A stretch of DNA of 59,612 nt, filler included. It is 8 parts of 8 records of this genome, joined end to end, with 100 filler letters (N's around TTAATTAATTAA, not from the genome) between each part and the next. Parts side by side here need not be neighbours in the genome. Positions count along the whole stretch, not along the records: positions 48,574 to 54,512 come from SRR31156797_17324; positions 54,613 to 59,612 come from SRR31156797_17334; 6 more parts are not named here. The stretch is one strand, 5' to 3'. The position numbers were made by a program, and so were the translations under genes. Of this stretch, positions 50,629 to 59,612 are shown piece after piece. Position 1 is the first letter of the stretch. Each line of letters begins with the position of its first letter. The notes below the pieces were generated by a model that worked only from the letters and a program-made list of their open reading frames with translations, was not told the origin of the DNA and did no database searches.

Positions 50629-50859
50629 TTAGCCTTCTTCATGTAATACCTCTTGTTTTGTAACTCCTTTTAAAGAATCAGCTTCGGTTTTATGTGTAGA
50701 AGCATCTTTAAATTGAATTGTTTTTGCAGGTTTTCGGGTTGTAATACTGTTGCTTATAACTGAATCAACAGGATTACTTTTTTTTACCAAATCAATTTTG
50801 TTGCTGAATTTTAATCCGAGAATGTAAAAAATCGAGGAGATTAAGATAATTGCTTTCAT
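50629..50859 (-). CDS. Small exported hypothetical protein
   Basis: MKAIILISSIFYILGL, signal-like N-term. Confidence 0.55.
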   Translation of the reverse strand: MKAIILISSIFYILGLKFSNKIDLVKKSNPVDSVISNSITTRKPAKTIQFKDASTHKTEADSLKGVTKQEVLHEEG

Positions 50860-51154
50860 TTGCTTTTTGTTTATCAGAAGGAATACCTTCTTACGTTTTC
50901 TGGTTTTCTGGTGAATTTCAAATTCTACACCAAATTATAGAAACAGTGATAAATAGCGAAATAATATCTATGAAATGGGTAAACTATTCTGCCAACAGCA
51001 GAAAAAGCTCTGCAAATGAAAATGTCAAAAAATGCTCTGTTATTATGTTTTTGCTTTAAAACCTGGAAACTGCAATTTAAGAGGGCATAAAATTATTTTA
51101 ATGAGAAAAGAAGCAGTTACTTTTTTAGGTTCGATAAATTGTAAAAACCAGTAT

Positions 51155-51862
51155 TTAATGTTTCACCGTTAATCTAGCCAGGTAATCGTAATTATTGCCC
51201 GACTTGATTTTTTCTGCTATAAATCCGGCTTTTTCAGCTTGTAGTTTCAAGGTTTCAAAATCGACAAAAAGCCACTTAAACCGGTCGGAATAATTTTTAT
51301 AACTAATTTCATATTCCATTTCGCCAAAATAATTCTCTTTCGCCAAATCTACCCAAACCGATCCATCTTCTTCTTCGAAAAGATATTTGATATCAGATGA
51401 ATCAATTAAAATCTGCCCGTTTTCAGATATTAATTCTTTTAAATGAATGAATAAATTAAGAAGTCCTGCCAGCGTTTCTCCAATTCCGGTCCCGTTCATT
51501 AATAATAGAATTGTATCGAAATTGCTGTTTTTAAAATCGTAAATATCGGTATTAATTACTTTTTGAATTTCTCTTTTTTTCATTACCTCGCACGCCAATT
51601 CCGATTTTTCCAACGCTGTAACATGGTATCCTTTTTTTTGTAAAACTAATGTATGACACCCCGCAGCAGCTCCAATATCCAGAATTTTACCTTTACATTT
51701 TTTTAAAGCTGTTTTTTCAATTGCCGGCATTTCTTTTTCGGTTCTGAACAAGTATGAAACCGGTATAATTTCATCTTCGGTGTAATTGCTGTTTACAATA
51801 ATATTTGCGTTTTTTCCGGTATTAAAATAATCCTGGATGGCTATTCCGAATGGGTCGTTCAT
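51155..51862 (-). CDS. Class I SAM-dependent methyltransferase
   Basis: ILDIGAAAGCH, FDTILLLMNG.G; start set at MNDPFG. Confidence 0.9.
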   Translation of the reverse strand: MNDPFGIAIQDYFNTGKNANIIVNSNYTEDEIIPVSYLFRTEKEMPAIEKTALKKCKGKILDIGAAAGCHTLVLQKKGYHVTALEKSELACEVMKKREIQKVINTDIYDFKNSNFDTILLLMNGTGIGETLAGLLNLFIHLKELISENGQILIDSSDIKYLFEEEDGSVWVDLAKENYFGEMEYEISYKNYSDRFKWLFVDFETLKLQAEKAGFIAEKIKSGNNYDYLARLTVKH

Positions 51863-51936
51863 ATTTGTAATATTTGGGGTGAAAGTAATACTTATATTTA
51901 CGATTTTAAAAACCGGAAAATAAAAAACCAATTAAT

Positions 51937-53184
51937 ATGTCCAAAGTTTTGTTAATTCTGTCGGGAGTTCTTTTTTTATTAATCTCGTGTTCTGAAAAAA
52001 AGGTTGAAATATCGCAGTGGAGAGGCGCTAATCGAGATGGTATCTACCATGAAACCGGGTTACTAAAAGAATGGCCGCAAAATGGTCCAAATCTCCTTTG
52101 GTCTGTTGAGAATTTAGGGTTTGGTCATTCAAGTGTTGTTGTAACCAATAATAATGTATTTGTTACCGGAATAAAGGATACCATTGAATCGAGCGGAACT
52201 CTTTTTAAATTTAATAATGAAGGTGAATTGATTTGGGAAAAAAGTTATGGAACTGATTATACCATCAGTTTTTCGGGGACCCGTTCTACGCCGGTGCTGG
52301 TTGATGATTTGATTTATATAGAAAGCGGTGTTGGAGTGGTTTATTGTTTAAATACTGAAAATGGAGAAGAACTTTGGTCGGTGGATTTCAAAAAAGATTT
52401 AGGTGTCGATTCATTAATTCAGTTTGGTTATTCTGAATCGGTTTTGATTGATGGCGATCGATTGATTTGTGTTCCCGGAGGTATAGAAAATAATGTGGTT
52501 GCCTTGAACCGGTTTTCCGGTGAATTGATTTGGAGTTCAAAGGGAAATGGTGAGCAGGCAACTTATAATTCACCCGTTTTAATAAATTATAATGGTCGGC
52601 GATTGATAATTGCAATGACCTCTGGTTCGATAATGGGTATTGATGCAGAAAACGGAGAAATGTACTGGAGCATAAAACATATTCAGAATAATAATATTCA
52701 TGCAAATACTCCGCTTTATTCCGATGGAATGATAATGATGGCATCTCCCGATCGAACAGACGATTCAGGGATGATTATGCTGCAACTTTCCGAAGATGGT
52801 AAAAATGCAGAGGTGGTTTGGCGAAATGTAAAACTGCGCAATTTTATGGGTGGTTTAATAAAAGTTGATTCCTGCATTTATGGTTCGGGTTATTTACGAA
52901 ACGACTGGCAGGTATTAAACTGGAATACCGGTGAAATGCTGGTTCAAAACAAAGATTTTGGAGGCGGAGCAATTATATACGCCGATGGAATGTTTTATGG
53001 ATATGCAGAAAGAGAAGGAGAAATTGCGTTGATGGATGCCAGTCCCGAACATTTTGAAATTGTAAGTCGTTTTAAAGTGCCATTGGGAACAAAAGAACAT
53101 TGGGCGCACCCAGTAATAGATAATGGTAAATTATATGTAAGGCATGGAAATGCTTTAATGGTTTATGATATTAAAGCCGGTTGA
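51937..53184 (+). CDS. PQQ-like beta-propeller repeat lipoprotein (BamB-like family)
   Basis: Lipobox LISC; QWRG..RDG, GE.LW repeats, WAHPVI.NG.LYVRH. Confidence 0.88.
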   Translation: MSKVLLILSGVLFLLISCSEKKVEISQWRGANRDGIYHETGLLKEWPQNGPNLLWSVENLGFGHSSVVVTNNNVFVTGIKDTIESSGTLFKFNNEGELIWEKSYGTDYTISFSGTRSTPVLVDDLIYIESGVGVVYCLNTENGEELWSVDFKKDLGVDSLIQFGYSESVLIDGDRLICVPGGIENNVVALNRFSGELIWSSKGNGEQATYNSPVLINYNGRRLIIAMTSGSIMGIDAENGEMYWSIKHIQNNNIHANTPLYSDGMIMMASPDRTDDSGMIMLQLSEDGKNAEVVWRNVKLRNFMGGLIKVDSCIYGSGYLRNDWQVLNWNTGEMLVQNKDFGGGAIIYADGMFYGYAEREGEIALMDASPEHFEIVSRFKVPLGTKEHWAHPVIDNGKLYVRHGNALMVYDIKAG

Positions 53185-53186
53185 TG

Positions 53187-53972
53187 TTAATTTATTTCTA
53201 TTTCACCAATTAAATAGGTTTTTGCTTTTCCACCTATTTCTACGCGATCGCCATTAAAGTTACAGGTTAAAATGCCTCCCCTTTTTGAAACCTGTTTTGC
53301 CGTTAATTGGCTTTTATTTAGCTCTTTTGCCCAATACGGAATTAACATAGTATGAGCCGAACCTGTTACCGGATCTTCATTTACGCCAACTGCAGGTGCA
53401 AAAAAACGGGAAACAAAATCGAACGATTCCGATTTTGCAGTTGTAATTACACCACGAATATTAGATTGTTTTATTTGCTGAAAGTCAGGAATTAAATTTA
53501 AAATATCGTTTTCGTCGTTGAAAACCAACATTAAATCATCTCTTCCTAAAAAACATTTTGAAGGTTTTTTATTGAATGCGTTACTCAGGTTTTTCGGTAT
53601 TTCTACTTCTTCAATTTTTGAGGCCGGAAAATCAAGTACAATTAATTCACCCTCTTTTTTCACTTTTAAAATTCCACTTTTCGATTTGAATAAAATTTCA
53701 GGTTTTAGATAGTTCAGGTATTTGTAGAGTACAAATGCTGTAGCCAAAGTGGCATGGCCACAAAGTTTTACTTCTGCCAGTGGTGTAAACCAACGAATAT
53801 GAAAGTCATCATTTTCAGGAACGAAAAATGCTGTTTCCGACAGGTTATTTTCCATGGCAATATTTTGCATGGTAATATCGGGTAACCAACTTTTTAGTGG
53901 TACTACCGCAGCCGGATTTCCTTCAAAAGCATTTTCAGCAAATGCATCGATCTGGAAAATAGAAAGTTTCAT
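53187..53972 (-). CDS. PhzF family epimerase/isomerase
   Basis: QIDAF...GNPAAV, NLSETAF, EVKLCGHATLA, EDPVTGSAH. Confidence 0.94.
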   Translation of the reverse strand: MKLSIFQIDAFAENAFEGNPAAVVPLKSWLPDITMQNIAMENNLSETAFFVPENDDFHIRWFTPLAEVKLCGHATLATAFVLYKYLNYLKPEILFKSKSGILKVKKEGELIVLDFPASKIEEVEIPKNLSNAFNKKPSKCFLGRDDLMLVFNDENDILNLIPDFQQIKQSNIRGVITTAKSESFDFVSRFFAPAVGVNEDPVTGSAHTMLIPYWAKELNKSQLTAKQVSKRGGILTCNFNGDRVEIGGKAKTYLIGEIEIN

Positions 53973-53973
53973 G

Positions 53974-54510
53974 TTAAAATTTTACGGTTAATTTCAGGTT
54001 AACTTTTCTGTTGGTCAGGTAATTAGGTACAGCAAACTGGTCGCCATAATTACTGGACACCCAAAAATAGGAAATGGTATTTTTAATATTCAGTAAATTA
54101 AAAACTTCGAGACTAATCCACATGTCATTTATATGGCGAAGAAGGTTTCTGTTTACCGGATTTGCTGCACTTATCAGAACTTTGGAAAAACCTAAATCGA
54201 TTCTTCGGTAGGGGGGTATTCTGAATGTGTCCATGTATCGCTCAGAATTAGGTGGGCCAGTGGGAAGCCGGGCTCCGTAAAAACCGGAAAGCTGCATTTT
54301 GTATGAAGGATTTCCCGGTAAATAATCCTGAAAAAACAGGCTGAAATTCATCCATTGATCGGTTGGCCGAGGAATGAATCCATGTCCGTCATTTTTTATG
54401 TCTTCGCGTGTCGACATAAACGATAAACTCGCCCACGACTGAACACCGCTTACAAATTCGCCATTAATTTTCATATCAATTCCGGTAGCATATCCGTTGG
54501 CTTCCTGATC
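53974..54510 (-). CDS. TonB-dependent receptor C-terminus, 5'-truncated
   Basis: GYATGID, RIPPYRRIDLGFS, EVFNLL, terminal LTVKF. Confidence 0.8.
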   Translation of the reverse strand, partial: DQEANGYATGIDMKINGEFVSGVQSWASLSFMSTREDIKNDGHGFIPRPTDQWMNFSLFFQDYLPGNPSYKMQLSGFYGARLPTGPPNSERYMDTFRIPPYRRIDLGFSKVLISAANPVNRNLLRHINDMWISLEVFNLLNIKNTISYFWVSSNYGDQFAVPNYLTNRKVNLKLTVKF

Positions 54511-54512
54511 GG

Positions 54513-54612
54513 NNNNNNNNNNNNNNNNNNNNNNNNNNNNNNNNNNNNNNNNNNNNTTAATTAATTAANNNNNNNNNNNNNNNNNNNNNNNNNNNNNNNN
54601 NNNNNNNNNNNN
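54513..54612. other. Artificial contig spacer
   Basis: N-run + TTAATTAATTAA + N-run. Confidence 0.98.
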
Positions 54613-54816
54613 GTAAGAGTCAGTCCATCTATTTATTATATTTGCACCAGCTAAATTTATAACAATATGAGCTTTTTCTATAATTGATAGTAACTTTGCT
54701 TTATTTTTTAAATCTTCTCTTTTGATTGAAATAACTTCAAAATCTTTTTTAGAAAAAAAACTTTTTATATTTGTTCCAACAAATCCACTTGAACCAGTTA
54801 TTGCTATAGTTTTCAT
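54613..54816 (-). CDS. TIGR01777/YfcH-like NAD-dependent epimerase, 3'-truncated
   Basis: IAITGSSGFVG, VINLAGANI..RWT. Confidence 0.88.
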
Positions 54817-54828
54817 CTAAAATCCTTT

Positions 54829-55539
54829 TTATATAGTTTTATTATCTAAATATTCTCTAAACTCTTTTGCACCATCTTTTGATGTTGTAACTAAGTCATC
54901 TATATCAACAAACGATATTTCTAGTTTTGATTGTTCAATACTTTGCATTGATTTAATCTTATCAACATTAACTATATATGACCTATGAACTCTAAAGAAG
55001 TTCTTATCTGAAAGAATCTTTTCCATATCACCAATTTTTTTTCTAACATAGGCATCGGTTTCTTTGATTTTTATAATAACTTCATCTAAATCTGCTTTTA
55101 TATAGTATATATCATCTAAAGAGATTAAATATATTTTATTTCCTCTTTTTGCAACTATCTTTTTGGTTTCATTAACCTTAGTATCTATATATTTTCCTAT
55201 TTTTTCTAAACACTTATTAACAGTTTCATTAGATATTGGTTTTAATAGATAATCCATCCCTCCACTTTTAAAAGCTTCTAAGGCATACTCTTCATGCGCT
55301 GTTTGGAAGATAATAAAAGTATTTGGATTCATCTCTAAAAGAGTGTTTGCTAAATCAAGACCACTCATTGTAGGCATAGAAATATCTAAAAAAGCAATAT
55401 CAAACTTTGATTTTGTTGCTTCTTTAATAGCATCAAGAGGTGTTGAGGCCTCAGTAATATCACTAATACCCTCTTCTTCTAAAATTCTTTTTAGTCTACT
55501 AAGAGCTAATTTTTCATCATCTACTATAAGTGTTTTCAA
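54829..55539 (-). CDS. LytTR family response regulator
   Basis: LIVDDE, FLDISMP, DYLLKP, FFRVHRSYIVN. Confidence 0.94.
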   Translation of the reverse strand: MKTLIVDDEKLALSRLKRILEEEGISDITEASTPLDAIKEATKSKFDIAFLDISMPTMSGLDLANTLLEMNPNTFIIFQTAHEEYALEAFKSGGMDYLLKPISNETVNKCLEKIGKYIDTKVNETKKIVAKRGNKIYLISLDDIYYIKADLDEVIIKIKETDAYVRKKIGDMEKILSDKNFFRVHRSYIVNVDKIKSMQSIEQSKLEISFVDIDDLVTTSKDGAKEFREYLDNKTI

Positions 55540-55543
55540 AACT

Positions 55544-56533
55544 TTACCTTTTTATCTTTATTATAAAACTCATTTTTTCATTTTCTATCTTATATTCTAG
55601 CTTTCCTATGTTTAATAAGTGCAATCTTTTCTGTAAATTACTAAGTCCAGTACCAAATTTTACTTCTTCTGGTAAAACACCATCATTTGTAACTACAATT
55701 GAGTTCGCATCAGCTTTTATATCTATATTTAAAGCTTCAGACTTATATCCATGTTTTATTGCATTTTCTACTAATAGTTGAATAGAAAACTTTGGTACTT
55801 GAATATATCCTGTATCTTCATCAAAAGAGCTTGTCATTTTTATATTATTATCAAATCTAATATTTTCTATATCTAAATAGGTTTCAACCATTTTTATTTC
55901 TGTTTCTAAAGAGATAAGACTATCTTTAGTAATTGCATTTCTTAAAAAAGTTGAAATATCCAGTGTTGCTTTTTCTGCTTTTTTTTGATCTATATATATT
56001 AATTCAGAAAGAGAGTTTAAGGCATTAAATAAAAAGTGAGGATTAAGCTCACCTTCTAAAGCTTTAATCTTTGTTTCTAAAACTTCACTTGTGATTGACT
56101 CATTTCTATATTTCATTGAAATAAATTGATGAAGAATCATACCTACTAAAAAAGTTAAAAAACCTATAGTAATACTAATATAAAACCAAAAAGGCTTAAT
56201 CATGTTAATTATATTGTATTCACTTAGAGAAAAGATATAGTAAGAAAAAGAGAACCCTAAAAAGCCAGAAAAGAAAGAGAAAATAAAACTAATTAAATAC
56301 CAAAATTTTTCATTAACCCGAGGTAATATATAATCATTTGAAATTGTTATTAAAATAAAAGCAAAAAAAGAAATAGATATAGCACTTAATGTACTAAAAA
56401 AAATTGTTGAAAAGTTTTGTAAGTTCTCATTCATAAAATAAAGGAATAATGATATTAGAAAACCAAAGCAAGCACCAATTAAAATGATATATAACTAATC
56501 AATAATTGATATTTTTAATTTTACACTATCCAT
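55544..56533 (-). pseudogene. LytS/YehU-type sensor histidine kinase with TAG at codon 13 (downstream frame 56434-55544 intact)
   Basis: ATG 56533 reads MDSVKLKISIID*LYIILIGACFGFLISLFLYF-MNENL in one frame; LNPHFLFNALN, QLLVENAIKHG, GTGLSNL. Confidence 0.75.
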
Positions 56534-57941
56534 CTAATTCTTCCTTCAATATATTTACACCTAAAGCAACTCCTGGCCAACCTTGTCCTGCAAATATTGT
56601 ATCTCCAACATTATACAAACCTTCAAATGGTGTTCTACAACTTGGCACTTGAATCAAAGTTTTTAAAGTTATAGCTTTTCCACCACAGTTGTTTCTATTT
56701 ATAAAACGATTAAATGTTTTTGCTGTTCCACTAAAAGAGATTTGAATATCCTCTTTACTTATGTTATCAAAGTTTTCTAAAAAACTATTTATTATAAACT
56801 CTTCTGTTATAAATTTCTGTCTTTTGTATTCATCTTTATTTAAATTACTCCAAAATCTTGCTTTAGTATGAGTTGAGATAGTTATATTTATTCCATTTTC
56901 AGACATTTTTCTATCCTCACTAGAACTTAGGGATACAAAATAAGAGTTAGAAATAGCATTTGGAATCTCATTTTCTAAAATTATTTGATAATGGTGTAGC
57001 AAATCTTCTTTTTTGTTTATTGTCATGTGGATTACAAAAGCACTTTGGTCATTGAATGAAAACTTATTATAATATGACTTTATTTTTTCATCTTCAAATA
57101 ACTTTGAACTATCATAAACTGTGGAATTCAATATCACATTCTTTGCTTTATACTCACCTTTTCTTGTTTTTAGAATATATATATCATTTTGTTTTGTTAT
57201 AGACTTTACTTCTTCTTTATTATGAGTTTCTATATCTTTTAAAAGCTCATCAAAAATTGACCCCATTCCACCATTTACATAAAATACATCATGGAAAGGA
57301 TAAGCTAAACCTAAAGCTAATGATAACAAAGAGATATCTTTTGATGTAGTTTGCAAAGTTATCAAAAGCTGTGAATCTATAAAGTCTTGATACTCCTTTG
57401 AAATATCACCTAAAGTATCTTTTATAAAACCACTTGCAGTTTTAAATAAGTCAAATTTAAAAGTTAAAAAAATCTCACTTACTGATTTAATTGTTTTTAC
57501 ATAAGAAGATAATGAGTATTTTGAATAATATACATTTTTTAGTTTCCAAAAGTTCTCATCTAGTTCTTTTATTGTTTGCCAAAAGACTCTATTGTTTTTA
57601 TTTGGATAAGCTTTGTCTATCTGAGATAAAAACTTTTCAAAATCTTTTACTCTATCAATTATTTTACCATTTTGAAGAACTCTTATTGCTATATCACTCT
57701 TTTTTAAATCTAAATTTACATTAGCTTTATCAAAGATCTTTTTTAAAGGATGATTTTCTTCATATCCAACAAGTGTTGTTGCTCCACTATTATAATAATT
57801 GCCAAACCTTTTAAAAGTACTTGCACAGCCTCCAAGATTAGTATCTTTTTCAAAAACTATTACATCTTTTTGCTTATTTAAAGAGGCAATCATGCTACCT
57901 CCCATTCCTGAGCCAATAATGGCTAAATCATAAGTTTTCAT
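56526..57941 (-). CDS. FAD-dependent oxidoreductase, phytoene desaturase/CrtD-like
   Basis: IIGSGMGG, EK...LGGCASTF.R...SGAT, GLYNVGDT.F.GQG..GVALG. Confidence 0.85.
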   Translation of the reverse strand: MKTYDLAIIGSGMGGSMIASLNKQKDVIVFEKDTNLGGCASTFKRFGNYYNSGATTLVGYEENHPLKKIFDKANVNLDLKKSDIAIRVLQNGKIIDRVKDFEKFLSQIDKAYPNKNNRVFWQTIKELDENFWKLKNVYYSKYSLSSYVKTIKSVSEIFLTFKFDLFKTASGFIKDTLGDISKEYQDFIDSQLLITLQTTSKDISLLSLALGLAYPFHDVFYVNGGMGSIFDELLKDIETHNKEEVKSITKQNDIYILKTRKGEYKAKNVILNSTVYDSSKLFEDEKIKSYYNKFSFNDQSAFVIHMTINKKEDLLHHYQIILENEIPNAISNSYFVSLSSSEDRKMSENGINITISTHTKARFWSNLNKDEYKRQKFITEEFIINSFLENFDNISKEDIQISFSGTAKTFNRFINRNNCGGKAITLKTLIQVPSCRTPFEGLYNVGDTIFAGQGWPGVALGVNILKEELDG

Positions 57942-59271
57942 CTTTAGCCCTTTTGAAGTTTTCTATTGCTCTTTTTCTTGATAAAGATATATCAACTATT
58001 GATTTAGGATAATTAAAAAAAAGATTTGAAGAGAGTGCATTTTCTATATGGAAAAGTTTTGGGTCCACCTCTTCTAACTCTTTAATAACTGATTTTATAA
58101 AAAGACCATCTCTATCAAATTTTGAAGATTGAGTATAAGGATTAAATACTCTAAAGTATGGAGCAGCATCAGCACCCGTACTTGCAGCCCATTGCCATGA
58201 ACCAATATTTGAACTTACTTCATAATCAAGAAGTTTTAATGCAAAATACTGCTCACCCTTCTTCCAATCAACAAAAAGGTTTTTTGTTAAAAATGAAGCG
58301 ACAATCATTCTTAATCTATTATGCATAAGACCTGTTTTATTTAAATGAATCATAGCTGCATCAATTATAGGAACACCAGTTTTGCCTTCACACCATTTTT
58401 GAAAGTCATCTTCATTTTCATTCCAAGAAATACTTATGCCATTGAAGTTTTTACTTTCAGAATTTGGAAAATGAAAGAGTATATAATTATAAAACTCTCT
58501 CCAAAAAAGCTCTCTAATAAAAAATTCACAATCATTTACATTTGACTTTTTTACAATATTAAAAATCTCTTTAGGTGAAATAAGACCAAATCTTAGATGA
58601 ACAGATAGTTTTGATGTAGCATCTTTATAAAAAAAGTCTCTATTTACTTGATAATCATCTATTTTTAATAAAAACTCTTTTAATAAATCCCTTGCATCTT
58701 TATATAAAAAAGATGGCAATTCCTGTTTTTCAAAACCTAAGTCTTCTAAAGATATGATTTTTTTATAATTAAAGCTTGTAAGTTTGAGTTTTTCATTTCT
58801 TTTATACTCTTCTATAGAAAAAGATTGAGTAATTAAATTCAATGATTTATAAAAAGGAGTAAATACTTTATATGGAGTATTATCTGCTTTAAGATGTTCA
58901 TTTGGATTTAAAATAAATGAATCATTAAATCTTTTTAAAGGAAGAACCTTTTCAACTTCCTTATCTCTTTTAATAGCATATGCGTCAAAATCTATGGAGC
59001 ATAGAACTTCATCAAAATCTTTTGCTAAAGTTTTAAAAACATTTAATGGTTCATCATAAAATATTGCTAAGTCTAAACCTAAAGATTGAAGCTCTCTCTT
59101 TAGGTTTAATACTGATTCATAAATAAAAGAAACTCTTTTATCATCTTTAGGCAAAGAGTTTAGAATATTTTTATCGAAGATAAATATTGGTAGTACTTCA
59201 TCTTCTGCATATTGTAATAATGCAGAATCTGTAACTCTTAAATCTCGTCTAAACCAAAGTATTTGTTTCAT
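57928..59271 (-). CDS. phrB: Deoxyribodipyrimidine photolyase
   Basis: WFRRDLR, YKVFTPF, TSKLS.HLRFG, ELFWREFY, GLMHNRLRMIVASFL.K, WQWAASTG.D. Confidence 0.95.
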   Translation of the reverse strand: MKQILWFRRDLRVTDSALLQYAEDEVLPIFIFDKNILNSLPKDDKRVSFIYESVLNLKRELQSLGLDLAIFYDEPLNVFKTLAKDFDEVLCSIDFDAYAIKRDKEVEKVLPLKRFNDSFILNPNEHLKADNTPYKVFTPFYKSLNLITQSFSIEEYKRNEKLKLTSFNYKKIISLEDLGFEKQELPSFLYKDARDLLKEFLLKIDDYQVNRDFFYKDATSKLSVHLRFGLISPKEIFNIVKKSNVNDCEFFIRELFWREFYNYILFHFPNSESKNFNGISISWNENEDDFQKWCEGKTGVPIIDAAMIHLNKTGLMHNRLRMIVASFLTKNLFVDWKKGEQYFALKLLDYEVSSNIGSWQWAASTGADAAPYFRVFNPYTQSSKFDRDGLFIKSVIKELEEVDPKLFHIENALSSNLFFNYPKSIVDISLSRKRAIENFKRAKDENL

Positions 59272-59612
59272 CTGTAAGCCTCAACTTTAGAACGAAGTGC
59301 TAAATCTTTTGGATATGGATTTATAAATACTTGAGTTTTAAGATACTCAATATCAAATTTGTTTGTATAAAGTTTTATTATTTTTATAACAGCAATTAAA
59401 GGAACTATTCCTTTTTTGAAGTCTTCAAGAGTCTCTAAAATATCATCTTTTTCCTCTTTTGATATAACTTTTTTGAAATAACCATAAATATGAAGTAAAA
59501 CATTATAGGTATTATTAATCGTACCTTTTTGAGCAATTGTCTTTAAAAACAACTCTTTATACTCATCAAGTATAGTCTCCAATGGCTTTTTATCTCTATT
59601 TGCAACTATATT
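59268..59612 (-). CDS. ybgA: YbgA (DUF523/DUF1722) family protein, 5'-truncated
   Basis: NVLLHIYGYFK, G.VPL, YL..Q....PYP..L.LR; ATGA overlap with the photolyase. Confidence 0.88.
   Translation of the reverse strand, partial: NIVANRDKKPLETILDEYKELFLKTIAQKGTINNTYNVLLHIYGYFKKVISKEEKDDILETLEDFKKGIVPLIAVIKIIKLYTNKFDIEYLKTQVFINPYPKDLALRSKVEAYR

Overview
The window is not one locus. It is eight unrelated contigs joined by artificial 100-nt spacers (N-run + TTAATTAATTAA + N-run). (1) 1-13446 is a decaying Firmicutes/Clostridia-type siphovirus prophage with ssb, YopX genes, a duplicated ArpU/late-promoter/terS module, terL, portal and a minor capsid protein ending in a deaminase toxin domain. It carries an intact ~4 kb accessory island: an HTH-Panacea gene, then an operon of ImmA/IrrE metallopeptidase, class III nucleotide cyclase fused to a degenerate NUDIX domain, and a Pycsar-type membrane effector. 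This island is the best candidate for an undescribed system. (2) 13547-19124 is a higher-GC phage head module with a DUF2829/Tad2-like fusion gene and an exoribonuclease between portal and scaffold. (3) 19225-25020 is a Bacteroidota PUL fragment (SusD, two GH141-like paralogs, AraC). (4) 25121-33192 is a Campylobacterota-like argG, M20 peptidase and hybrid kinase/CheB-CheR/REC-PAS operon. (5) 33293-39727 is Bacteroidota housekeeping (USP, DPP11-like S46 peptidase, trxB, tRNA-Pro). (6) 39828-48473 is an AT-rich bacterium with Myxococcota-like proteins, coaE and POT/OPT transporters. (7) 48574-54512 is Bacteroidota (pirin, FRG, methyltransferase, PQQ-repeat, PhzF, TonB receptor). (8) 54613-59612 is an Arcobacter-like ybgA-photolyase operon whose sensor kinase has an early nonsense codon. 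All family and taxon calls come from motif recognition by eye, with no database searches.
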